A stretch of DNA of 63,194 nucleotides, filler included, from Phoronis australis (Eukaryota; Animalia; Phoronida), in NCBI GenBank assembly GCA_002633005.1. It is 5 parts of 5 records of this genome, joined end to end, with 100 filler letters (N's around TTAATTAATTAA, not from the genome) between each part and the next. Parts side by side here need not be neighbours in the genome. Positions count along the whole stretch, not along the records: positions 1 to 30,786 come from NMRA01000660.1; positions 30,887 to 36,307 come from NMRA01000627.1; positions 36,408 to 57,989 come from NMRA01000054.1; 2 more parts are not named here. One strand, given 5' to 3'. Positions 27,248 to 38,049 of this stretch are shown here, in pieces (the stretch's first letter is position 1; each line of letters begins with the position of its first letter). The notes under the pieces are model-generated. The model made no database searches and was not told where the DNA came from. It saw nothing but the letters and a program-made list of their open reading frames with translations. Made by a program: the position numbers and the translations under genes.

Positions 27248-28039
27248 GTAAGTCAACACTTTTGTGGGGAAACAAGAGGTTTCAGATTTTTTCCGCTATT
27301 ATATTTTTGTGGAACGCCTTATTTACGAATTTTGTCTACGAAAAAATAATCGAATGTGTATCTGCAATAAGATTAAAAGTTTATACTGAAGAAACACATG
27401 ATATGGTAAGGAGCCTGATGACTCTTCACTCTTGGAAGAAGAAAACATAGCATGGGTGATCTATACTAGAAACATTCAAATCATGAAATAAAAAGATCAT
27501 TGCATGCCTTAAGTTATAAGTACAAGTACTTACAATCAATTGTTGTGAGCCTGCAGTGTTGTATTTACTATATTGTTATCAGCCTCAGAATGTACTTTAA
27601 GCACTCGAACATCTCTAACTCTTTGATGCCAAGTTATCTTCTAAATCTGTTGGCCTTCAATACATGTAAACAGGCAGAAGCATCTGTCACGAGCACTTTT
27701 TCTTTAAGCTTTTACATCTATATCTGCATTTGTAGTTTACGAGAACGTCCATAGCGTCGTGGCACGGCCCATTTCACAAGATATTTCCACAAAATGGCCT
27801 GTATGTGATGGCTGTAGCGCTACCATCTCTACTGAGACTAATCGTCTCGTGAATATTTTGAAACCGGTACTACCATTATGCTGTCATAGTTGTGAAATTC
27901 AAAATTATCAGCCACATAGCAGTTACGTGGATAAAATTCCTGTGTTCCTATTTTCGACATAGAGTGTACAGTAGGCAGATGATATTAAGGTTTATTTTCA
28001 AACCATTTTGTTTCAACTCCTTAATTTACTTGGAAACAG

Positions 28040-28307
28040 GTTTTACCTTATTGTCGTCGAAAGGAAGAAAATTGTCTCCCGTACAAGGAGAGAAACCATC
28101 GACGTCTCCACCTTAAAAGATTATGAGGAGGCGACGTCTAGTGGCAATTCTCGTTATATAGCCGCTAGGTTGACCGCAGCGGAGATGGAAACAAGGAAGA
28201 CTTTCGTTGTAGGAGACCAAAAGACGTACGGTGGATATAAAAACGTGCCACTCATAGCTGGAGATAGATACAGATTCCTGATCGGAGTTTACGTTCAGAA
28301 CGAATTT
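28040..28307 (+). CDS. Receptor exon N: RPTP-type juxtamembrane domain with furin site
   Basis: acag/gtaagt, phase 2-0; YLIVVE...RTRR...YIAARL...FVVGDQKTYGGYKNVPL...Y as in LAR/PTPRM/PTPRK. Confidence 0.92.
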
Positions 28308-28751
28308 GTAAGTATCTGGATGTTAAAATGCTTACATAATCAAGCAATAACTCAAAGCAGATTAAAGGAGTGAAATTGCCTTACTGTTGGTTGTTTGGTT
28401 TGATCATTGAACACCATTCCCTTTGTTTTCTATGTTCTCGTGCATAATCTTTTCGCAGTGTGTAATCCCGAAACACTCTAGAAGGATGCTCTTCGGCAGT
28501 AATTCCAGTTTTGATGTGAAGTACATGAACGTGATTCGGTGCACCAAAGCTGGCTAAATCACCGTCCTGTTGTTTTTTAACTGGAAGAACAGTACTTCAC
28601 ATGTATTTCAAAATTCCAATTTTGAAAGATATTGGTTTGATGAAAACAGACATTGAATTTTTGTTCTGTCTTGTGTCATTTTCCTCACGACGTTGTACAA
28701 AATGGACTTGGTTCTTTTAGTAAAACTGATGTTTGCTTTCTTATGTTTTAG

Positions 28752-28815
28752 GAGAATAAAACTCATTTTCAAGTTATTGAATTTGAAGGACTGGCATCCA
28801 GTGAATTCATAGAAG
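28752..28815 (+). CDS. Receptor exon O: extracellular stalk
   Basis: gttttag/gtgatt, phase 0-1, links N to P in frame; ENKTHFQVIEFEGLASSEFIE. Confidence 0.7.
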
Positions 28816-29356
28816 GTGATTTTATGAACATTTTAATAATATGCTTTTCAGTTCATTAAAGTAACAATGTGGGGTGTCATGTTTACTCCTGTGAAATGTT
28901 CGTAAACGTTTGTATTCGCAAAACACTAGCTTAATGTTCACAGCTTCAACAAGGTTTGTAACCCTCGAGTAAATTTAGAATCAAATGAGTTTAATGGTAT
29001 TCCCAACTAAAATGTTTAGGTGATCCCAAGATTTCAGGCCATTTATTGAATTACCCGCCACATGGAATCGGGGCTTATTGGTCGTACCGGTGTAAAAGTA
29101 CCAAGTCTGCTATGTAACCAGTGTCCAGTGTGCTTGTATTTGATTGGAGCATCGGGACGTTTATTATAATAAGGACTGTATAATAACTCGCTCTCTTTTT
29201 ATGGTTTTCCAGTCTGCCTTGTTATGAAAATGTTATATAAAGTCAAATGATAACCAACTACGTCACTGGTTTCTAAACTCAAAGATTAGGATGAGAAGGA
29301 AAATGTGGGTATAGTGAATAAATTAAAATTAATGTTTTATGCTCCATCTATGTTAG

Positions 29357-29459
29357 CAAAGAACTTTAAACAAGAGAGAATGGCAATGATTGGCGGCGCT
29401 TGTGGTGGTGTTGCAGCATTCCTGTTGGTTCTAGCATTGGTAGTTTTCATTGTGCGGAG
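29357..29459 (+). CDS. Receptor exon P: transmembrane helix
   Basis: gttag/gtgaga, phase 1-2; MIGGACGGVAAFLLVLALVVFIV followed by RR. Confidence 0.9.
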
Positions 29460-29873
29460 GTGAGAACGCAAACTTTCTTACTCAGTCACCTTCAAGGGTG
29501 AAACAGTTGACTGGTATAGATTTTGCAAAAAAACAAGTAAATGACGTAGGATAGTGAGATTGTACATGTAAGTGCAACAATGAAAACAAAGTGACAACGT
29601 GGTCAAAAGTTTTTGGATTTTTTAACTTAAAGGCGGTTTGCAGAACGGCATTATCGACTGCAAATTTATGCATATCTAAGAGTGGCCCAGAAAAACCTGA
29701 AGCGAACACTGAAGTATCAGTTACATCGACAACACTTCATGTAAAACAATGCGTTTTTGTTTAAATGTGTGAACACACATTTCGTGTCATATTTTTCGTG
29801 ATATTACCGTGACTATGCACAATCTAATAATATGGATTAAATTCTTTTCCACTTTCCTCCTGATCATTTGTAG

Positions 29874-29941
29874 GCGAAGACAGAAGGCTGCAAACGAGAG
29901 CACCTCCTCAGATCTGCACTTAGACAACATCAAAACAGACG
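29874..29941 (+). CDS. Receptor exon Q: cytoplasmic juxtamembrane
   Basis: Polypyrimidine tract and tgtag/gtcagt, phase 2-1; RRRQKAANESTSSDLHLDNIKTD (basic stop-transfer). Confidence 0.8.
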
Positions 29942-30786
29942 GTCAGTGTCAGTTGTACTAACTTCTTGGCTTACTGTGGTTCAATGTAATTATCATATCA
30001 CACCTATTACAACTAAGCCTGTTCACAACATTGTAGATGGAGTCTCGTCTCGTTATTGTGTAATGAGATTTCGATAGGCGTCTTGTGAAAGTAGGGTGTT
30101 CGGGCTTCTCCGTTGGTGACCTAAGCTAGTTTACTTAACGGGTAAAAGCCAAAACAGGTCCACAAACCCGCGCGCCAACTATATCTGTGCATCAGACTTA
30201 GCTCAAGCCAGTTCGCCACCTTGTGTCTGCACACATTAGATTGGACTGCTGATTGCAACCTGTACTAGATTTTAAGTGGAAGAGGTCTGTGCTCGGGAGC
30301 GCTAATACCCTCTTGTGCAGTCAGCAGCTGATACAGAGTTTTCACGGGAGTAGGGCCTAAACTTCAGTTTGGCGTTGTCTTAGACTGATTGCCAACCAAG
30401 GCTTACGAGCTTGTTCTCCCCGAAGCTCTGTCAAGGTTTTAGTCATTAGTGTTCCAGGGTTAATGATAGGTTCTTTAACTACATATAGATGTACACGTTT
30501 GAACGTTATAAGATCTCCATGTCGCGAACACATCCACTAAAACAAGAAACTGTAGGAACACCGCATTTATCCACCTTCACTCTTATCAAGCTTCTATTGT
30601 GAGTCAGCATGCGTGAATAATTGGCTGATAAGCCACCTCTGGAACTACTTTTGGCTGAATGCATGACCAGGCCATAAAATGATAATTAGCCAAGACCAGT
30701 TACTATAATACAACAAAGAATAATGTCTTGCATCACCTAGCCTTGGTGGAAAGCTGTATACTGTATAGCGGATTTGCAGCGACGCC

Positions 30787-30886
30787 NNNNNNNNNNNNNN
30801 NNNNNNNNNNNNNNNNNNNNNNNNNNNNNNTTAATTAATTAANNNNNNNNNNNNNNNNNNNNNNNNNNNNNNNNNNNNNNNNNNNN
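30787..30886. other. Assembly gap with artificial TTAATTAATTAA linker (same at 36308-36407, 57990-58089, 60907-61006)
   Basis: Same ~100-nt N-run/TTAATTAATTAA/N-run structure occurs four times. Confidence 0.95.
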
Positions 30887-31429
30887 TCTCACCTGGGGGT
30901 ACCAGCAGTTCCTCCAGTTTGACACTTTTAACACCATCTACCCTCTTTACTTAGCTAAAACGGTACTACACTTACACTTTTTACTCTATGGTTCATGATA
31001 AATCGGTATCACTATATTCGTTACGTTTACCATGAACTTCAAAAGTGATCAGCAGCCCAAGCAAACACTTTAGAATTTATTGGTGTTGCCAAAAATTACG
31101 AAATCAATAGTATACAATAAATTGCGTACATGCGACCTGAGTTTCCAGTTCATTCAGCAAACAACTCAAGATCATATGAGAGTGGCAATGCTTTTAACAA
31201 AAAGCGCATCAATTAAGAATCCAGCACAGGCAGGCAAAGTGAAAGTACGTCACAATATGTTTTAAACGATTTCTCACGAAAGTACCATCTCAGAACCTCT
31301 AGTACAGAGCAGTTCATTTTCGCTGTGAGGAAATTGCCAGATAAAATCACATAACTCACGATTTTTGAAATACGCGTGAAGAAAAACGCTGTGGTTACCA
31401 CAAAGTTTCCTCCCTCAGACTGATGATAA

Positions 31430-31596
31430 ATGCCCTTATACCACAATATTAGGCTCGGATGGCAAACACAACAGTGTAATAACCCATTTAGTTATCTCAC
31501 TAGTGAGAAAACATTTTGGCGGGAACTGAGGCCGGTTTCGAACCCGGTTCACAAGAGTTTCGAGTAGCCAACTTTACCACTACACCACTCAGAAAC
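31430..31596 (-). mobile_element. tRNA-derived SINE head / tRNA pseudogene
   Basis: Minus strand has Pol III A box TGGTGTAGTGG and B box GGTTCGAAAC at tRNA spacing; no clean cloverleaf; extent of the SINE body is approximate. Confidence 0.6.
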
Positions 31597-31629
31597 TGAC
31601 GTCATCGAACGTGAAAATAAAATACTTAA

Positions 31630-32565
31630 AGGAAAATGCCACCTGATTTAATTACTCTTTTTTAAAGTCTTATTCGGTCAATACCCACATCTCCTCGCAT
31701 ACGGTCGATCTTACCTTGCCGAATTGTGTCGCGTTAAGCTGTGAGGATGGTGAGAAACGACGCAGCGACGTCAGTGGTTCATTTGCAGGGTGAATGCCGT
31801 TACGTTGCCGTGCATAGTTCCCGCTTGTACGAACTAAGTAGCTGCGATGAAAGCGGGTATATCGTTTTTTTCGATTTCCGCGACAATCCGAAATGCTTAG
31901 CAAGTGGCTTGCGGTAGTGAAAAATGAGAAGTACGCTGTTATTAGCAAGCATGGCTCACTAGTATAGTTGTTTCGTGACTGGAGGTTTAGTTTTCAGCTT
32001 AAGCTGGTTTATGTTCGTAATGTCCAGTCCCGGCGGGCGCGACGGGCCTGATCGTGTTCCGAGACACTGGCCGGGATAATAAACGTTTTGTTTGCTTAGA
32101 ACTGAAAAAATCGCAAGTCTGAAAATATAACACACAGCTACATTTTATGTCTGTATTTCACGGAATAATGATTCGAATTTTTCACAAACAGACCCAAAAC
32201 TCCAGCGATCAACCATTATAAATTGGCCTAAACCTTGACTGAACTATGTAGGATACCTATAAATCCGTAACAGTGAAATAAAACAACACGTTTGTTCAAG
32301 AACTAGATGTATTTGTAAGGGTTTCCCATCGAATTTTGATGATTTATAGGTGTAAAACGATGCATTCAAGGGATAAGTTGACACCAGTAAGCGTGTTGTG
32401 AACTGCTGAACAGACTGCGTTCGAAACAAATAGGTCATTGATTAATTTCATCACCTCCGTCTGCCGTCAGGTGTAAGGTAAAGCAACTGAACTTGCTGTT
32501 ATCGGGGGGGACTACTCGATCTAAATTGATACAAAATAGGTTGTTTTTTTGGGTAGCATTCTCCT
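31630..32565 (+). mobile_element. Kolobok-type family 1, shorter deletion derivative (936 bp)
   Basis: TTAA flanks; TIR aggaaaatgccacc / ggtagcattctcct; retains a degenerate THAP exon and lacks the KolX segment of 11041-12675. Confidence 0.8.
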
Positions 32566-32744
32566 TTAAATGAGCACGCGCAACAATCGCATGTTCAACA
32601 AAGGGCATTTTGCCGATATTTATACGCTATGAAAAATAAGACACATAATTTCCATAAAAACGATATTTTAGTTACAAGAGCCGAGGCGAGTCGAGAAAGG
32701 TAGATCGATTCATTGCAATATTTCTTGTTCAGTATGTGGTATAA

Positions 32745-32884
32745 ATAGATTATTACATGTTCGCAGTCGTTATCCCCTTATCTAGAACCCTCGTTGATTT
32801 TGTAGAATTATCGCCTGAGGGCGTCTAAAATCCAATCGGCCTCTAGAATTCGGGGGATAACGACTTGGCCATGTAAAAATCTAT
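32745..32884. mobile_element. Palindromic MITE with ATAG...CTAT ends
   Basis: atagattattacatg..agtcgttatcccc / ggggataacgact..catgtaaaaatctat. Confidence 0.6.
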
Positions 32885-34939
32885 ACGAATGCACTCACAG
32901 CCAGTTGTTTGAAGTCCCTTGAGGTCAAAGATCACATTTTCTAAATAAGGGAAATGTGTTACGTCTATGTCTTGCCATACCAAATAAGGAGACGTGCTTT
33001 TGCCTTGTGAGAGTTGACAATCAGAGTATTGGGGAAATAAGTTCTGTAATTGCTGACGACGAGGATTTGTGATAAATCGGACTCACTTTTTTACAAAATG
33101 TTTAATTTTGTCTGCACTTTAGAAAAATACCAGTAAACTGCCTCATTTCTTGTGAACGATAATTAACAAAGCTGGTATTTGTAGCAGTCAAAAGAATTAA
33201 GAAAAACTCAAATATAAATCCTTTTAAGCCAAACGGCATTTCCAAGAAACTGACTAAGTTCATTTTTGAATTAAAAAGCTAAGATTCGTTTCAACTTTCA
33301 AGCTTTGAAACTTCCACATCTGGTAAGATTCAAGACAAACTGAACACGGAACGTAAGTAAAAAAAATATCAATTCTAACTCATGATCACTTTCTGTTAAC
33401 GGACTTTGGACAAATTTAATCCTATCTATGAGGGACAATCGATCAGCTATTTATAATTTCTTAATTTGCAACCCAATGCATCAGACAATAACACACACGA
33501 ACTTCGAGCAATACACCAGAACCAAGGAAAATCGTCTGCATTAAATCTTACGCAGGAACCGCGATACCTTAGGTACAGCTCAGAGCTTCATGCGTGCGAG
33601 CTGCAACATCCTAGGTATATCTGTAATAGCATGTCTAAGTATTGGAATACTTATTTTAGATACTACTTAATTGTATATATCTCTATGTATATAAGTTTCA
33701 TTTATGAATTGTTTACAACCCAGATATAATGCTTCGCGGTTTCTGGGTTTGTTATTATTTCTTTGTATGTTCAGTGTACCCTTCAATAAATATATATCAC
33801 AGTGAAAAAACATCCTAGGTACGAATCACAACATCACACGTACAAATAAAAGTCACATATCCACATTCAAAGAATGATTTTCACATGATTCTTACGAATA
33901 ACACTAAGATCGCCAAGTCTGGATTTTCTTCTAACGGTTGATCGGTTTTTCGACTCGTCAACTCATGTAGGATCTTTTGCTCACTTGCATTATTCTGTTG
34001 TCTGCGCATGGTTCAAGCGGCTGATACAGGGATTGTGTACAATATGAAATGATGTGTGGAAGAAAGTCTGGTGTGTTACCTTCTATCGATTTCCTAATAT
34101 TTTGTAACGAATAGCATTCTCCGTCAAATGTTTATCTCACGTATAGAAAGAAATTTACTAATAAACATCACAAACCCCAATATATCGTATTCTTGCGAAC
34201 TTTCGCCGAGATCTTGTATTTTACCAGACCACCACCACTACGTATACACAATCGCATTGCCTGCCAGTTAATGCGTGAGTTGCATGTAAAACACAAAGTT
34301 CTTATAGAGATTTCAGATGCATCACAACACAAATTTGTTTTAAGGTCATATATATATATATATATATAGGATCGTTTTCTACAGGATTTTTTTCTGGGAT
34401 TATTCGCCAAGAGTTCGCATTAATCACAACACGACTCGAAATCAGAGCCCCAACTTCTTGAAGGAAGGATGTCACTAAAAAGCTTTGATAATATCACACG
34501 AACGATTGCAATTAGCGTGAAGCTGCATTTGGCTCTACTTAGCGGAATAAAAATGTAAGATTTTCAACTTCCACAATGACATACGTACATGCAATGCCTG
34601 TTGGTTTTGTATCGGCACTGGAGTGATCTCATATCAACCATTATCAAGAGGGCGGTTTTGATGAGAATGAAAGGCTTCTTTTCCCCAAGTTTAACAAGGT
34701 GAAATGCAGCTATAAAGTGTACGTGTGTATGATACTTAACAATGTCCATGACACTGAAAATGCCATGATTCTTTTGCAGCCCGAGAAATCGCGAGAAGAG
34801 CCAAACAGACTACAATGAAGCCGGTATATATCATTACCCTTGTGATTGTCACCGTGATGTTTTCGTCAGCAGGCTTTGTGAGTGAAATGTACCCTCACTT
34901 TGCAATAAAGTTGTAATTCCTTCTCCGCTGACTCCAAAC

Positions 34940-35155
34940 TTCCAGTTCCAACATAACTCGCTCTTACTTTACTCGCCACCTTAACTTGGTTCTCGGGTGC
35001 GTCGGTCACGATCCTACATGTAAACGCTACAAATCTCATAGCTTCCGAATTGGCGCAGGCACCTCTCTGTTGCTACCCTCCAAATTCTCGACTCCACCAT
35101 TCTGGGTATGGTTTACTGGAAGCCCGACGGGCTCAGGAACTACATTCGTTTCCCT
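34940..35155 (+). pseudogene. Tyrosine recombinase C-terminal fragment (DIRS-type retrotransposon)
   Basis: YKSHSFRIGAGT (HxxR box II), then after a frameshift W-K...NYIR (catalytic Tyr). Confidence 0.7.
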
Positions 35156-36407
35156 TACTTACACTGTACACTCCCCCGCTACAAACATTTCCACTCACTC
35201 CTTACCATACTCTTTCGTTCGGCCAAATGCACACCTTGCCAATGCTCAACCTCATGGCACCTCTTCTCCACATCGGGGCAACTATATGCCCCGTCTCACT
35301 CACCAACCCCTTTTATCATAGGGGCAGTATTGCTATTAATGAAATGTTTTATTATTTTAATAAAAAAAGCCGGCCGCACATAAAGGACGATCGTCTTACT
35401 TACTGGATATCGGCGCTAGAGTTTCTCCGATCGTAAAATTTTTGTGAACACGAATGCTTGGATTTACAAGGTAATTTCCAAGCCTGAATAACAGTCAAAA
35501 CTTCAAAGTATGATGGTGCATGGTTATACCTAGGGACAGACTATGGCATTTTTAAAATCGACGGTCTTGAAGATTTATTCATTCACTTGGCACTTTTCGA
35601 CCTTCCAACCCGTCTGAGTGGTTACCAACTACTCATTGCCATATATAAAGTAGGGGTATTTAATGCACAAGTCTTCATGAACAATACCTAAATCCCCGAT
35701 TGGAAAGAACTAAGTGAATCAGATTCTGTCGTCGACCGTCGGAGAGTAGGATACAAATACATTCCGAAGTAAGGCCTGTATCTCAGTTGCTTCGAACTAA
35801 TGAATAGGAATTGAATAGTCCCGGAGTTTTGTTTCAAGACAATTTCATTTTCCGTGCAATCCATTTTAAGAGGATATCACTGGAAAAAGCCTGTGCCATG
35901 AATTCGTCCAATCATACATTTCAACTCGCAATATACTGGCCCCTTTATATCTGCCGTGGTTTAAACATATAAATCGAATAACTTTTTTCTTTCACAACAA
36001 AATCAGTCAAATAACATTTATTACCAGGTTTTATTTCCCGAAGTTACCTTTCATAAAACAGCTTTTTGGTCGAGATCATTTACGACATGGAGTCTCTCAA
36101 ATCGAAAATAAAAAATGCAACTCGATCGTGACTGAGTCGACCTAGCTGAATGCGACTTCCATAGATTTTTAGAGAATCTTGCTCAGTGGCGGATCTAGGA
36201 TATCACAAGGGGGGGCCAAACATTTTGTCCGGTTGGAAGCATTTGCGCAAACTGAACCACGAATGTAGATGAGCATAGCAACGAATGGGGGGAGGTCGGG
36301 AGGGGGGNNNNNNNNNNNNNNNNNNNNNNNNNNNNNNNNNNNNNNNNNNNNTTAATTAATTAANNNNNNNNNNNNNNNNNNNNNNNNNNNNNNNNNNNNN
36401 NNNNNNN

Positions 36408-38022
36408 AAAAATAGGTCAAAGGTCATTGAGTGCAAACTAAAATTTTGAGCTAGAGACTTCAGAATTACGTATCTGTTTACTAAGTGTGATTGAGTTTGA
36501 ATTCTAAATTTTCAGGTCATTTGGTGCACCCATGGGGTCATTAGGTGCATTTTTCTTCTGAAAGTTTGACCACTCCATTCATCTTGTATTCTGAAGTGCT
36601 TAAAGTAAAACATCTGTGATTAACCACACTTTTAATCGAGTTAACAATTACTCCCTCATCGGGGCTCATAATGCACCGGAAGAGGTCAATTAGTGGAAAG
36701 GTCATCAAAAAATTAATATGTAATTTCTCCTACAATTTTAAAAAATTCCTTTTCATATTGGTAAACGGGTTGCTGTCAGTAACTTCCCATAATAATTCCA
36801 GTAATACGCACGCGCAGAGTCCGTTATTGTCAGGTCGTGACAATAATCTTTCTAGTTCTCCTTATTCTTCTTCCGACCAACTTCGAGGCTTAATAAATCC
36901 AAAATGGGTGCAGGTATGTTCTTTAAATTCTGCATGTGATTTTTGGCAGCACATAAATTTTGACTCGTTATATAACCATATTCCATATTGCACCGGAAGA
37001 GGTCATTCGGTGCAAAGGTCATGTAAATTTCAAAATGCTTCTTCTTCATTTTTAAAGCTATTCTTTTCAAATTCGATGCACAGCTATAAGTCAGTAAGGC
37101 AATTTGAAAAATTACTTCTCTAAGTAATCGGGTCATCCACGCAGGTTAACCAGGTCAATGGTCATTAAGTGCAAATTAAGATTTTGAGCTAGACACTTCA
37201 AATTCACAGGTCTGATTGGCACAGGTAATTTAATTCGGCATCCAAAGTTTCAGGTCATTTAGTGCAAACTTGGGGTCATTAGATGCATTTTTCTTCTGAA
37301 AATTTGACCTTTTCAATCAGCAAGTATTCTGATGTGTCAACCGTTAGACAACTGTGATTCTCAGCATTAAACACATTTTACACAGGCTTTGCAATAATTT
37401 TCCTAAAGACGCTCATAATGCACCGGATAGGGTCAATTAGTGCAAATGTCATGAAACGTTCCAAATGTTATATCTCTTACGTTTTTCAAGGAATTCTTTT
37501 CAATTTCAGCACTCTGGTGTAAGTCAACATGCCTACTTTGCTTCGCAGTAGGCCTAACAAATTACAAAAAATAGGTCAAAGGTCATTGAGTGCAAACTAA
37601 AATTTGAGTTAGAGACTTCAGAATTACATATATGCTAACTAAGTGCGATTGAGTTTGAATTCTAAATTTTCAGGGCATTTGGTGCTACTATGGGGTCATT
37701 AGGTGCATTTTTCTACTGAAAGTTTGACCAATGCATTCATCTTGTGTTCTGAATTGCTTAAAGTAAAACATCTGTGATTTTTAGCATTAACCACACTTTT
37801 AATCGAGTTAACAATTACTCCCTCATTGGGGCTCATAATGCACCGGAAGAGGTCAATGAATAGAAAGGTCATCAAAAAATTAATATGTTATCTCTCCTAC
37901 AATTTTAAAGAATTCCTTTTCACATTGGTGAACGGGTTGCTGTCAGTAACTTCCCATAATAATTCCAGTAATACACACCCGCAGAGTCCGTTATTGTCAC
38001 GTCGTGACAATAATCTTTCTAG
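36408..38022 (+). repeat. Tandem ~1.16-kb unit with internal subrepeats and a hairpin+CTAG motif; Helitron/Helentron-like
   Basis: 36408-36855 is repeated at 37567-38022; recurrent ggtca..tgca motifs; hairpin ttattgtcacg-t-cgtgacaataa (37991-38013) followed by CTAG. Confidence 0.6.
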
Positions 38023-38049
38023 TTATTATTACTATTCTTCAACTCTGCA

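Noticed and set aside
31528-31596. Functional tRNA gene
   Set aside because: A and B boxes are present but the acceptor and anticodon stems do not pair convincingly; treated as a SINE head or pseudogene
34228-34274. Candidate receptor exon with good splice sites (also 33303-33322)
   Set aside because: Cannot be placed unambiguously in the reading-frame chain and has no recognisable peptide
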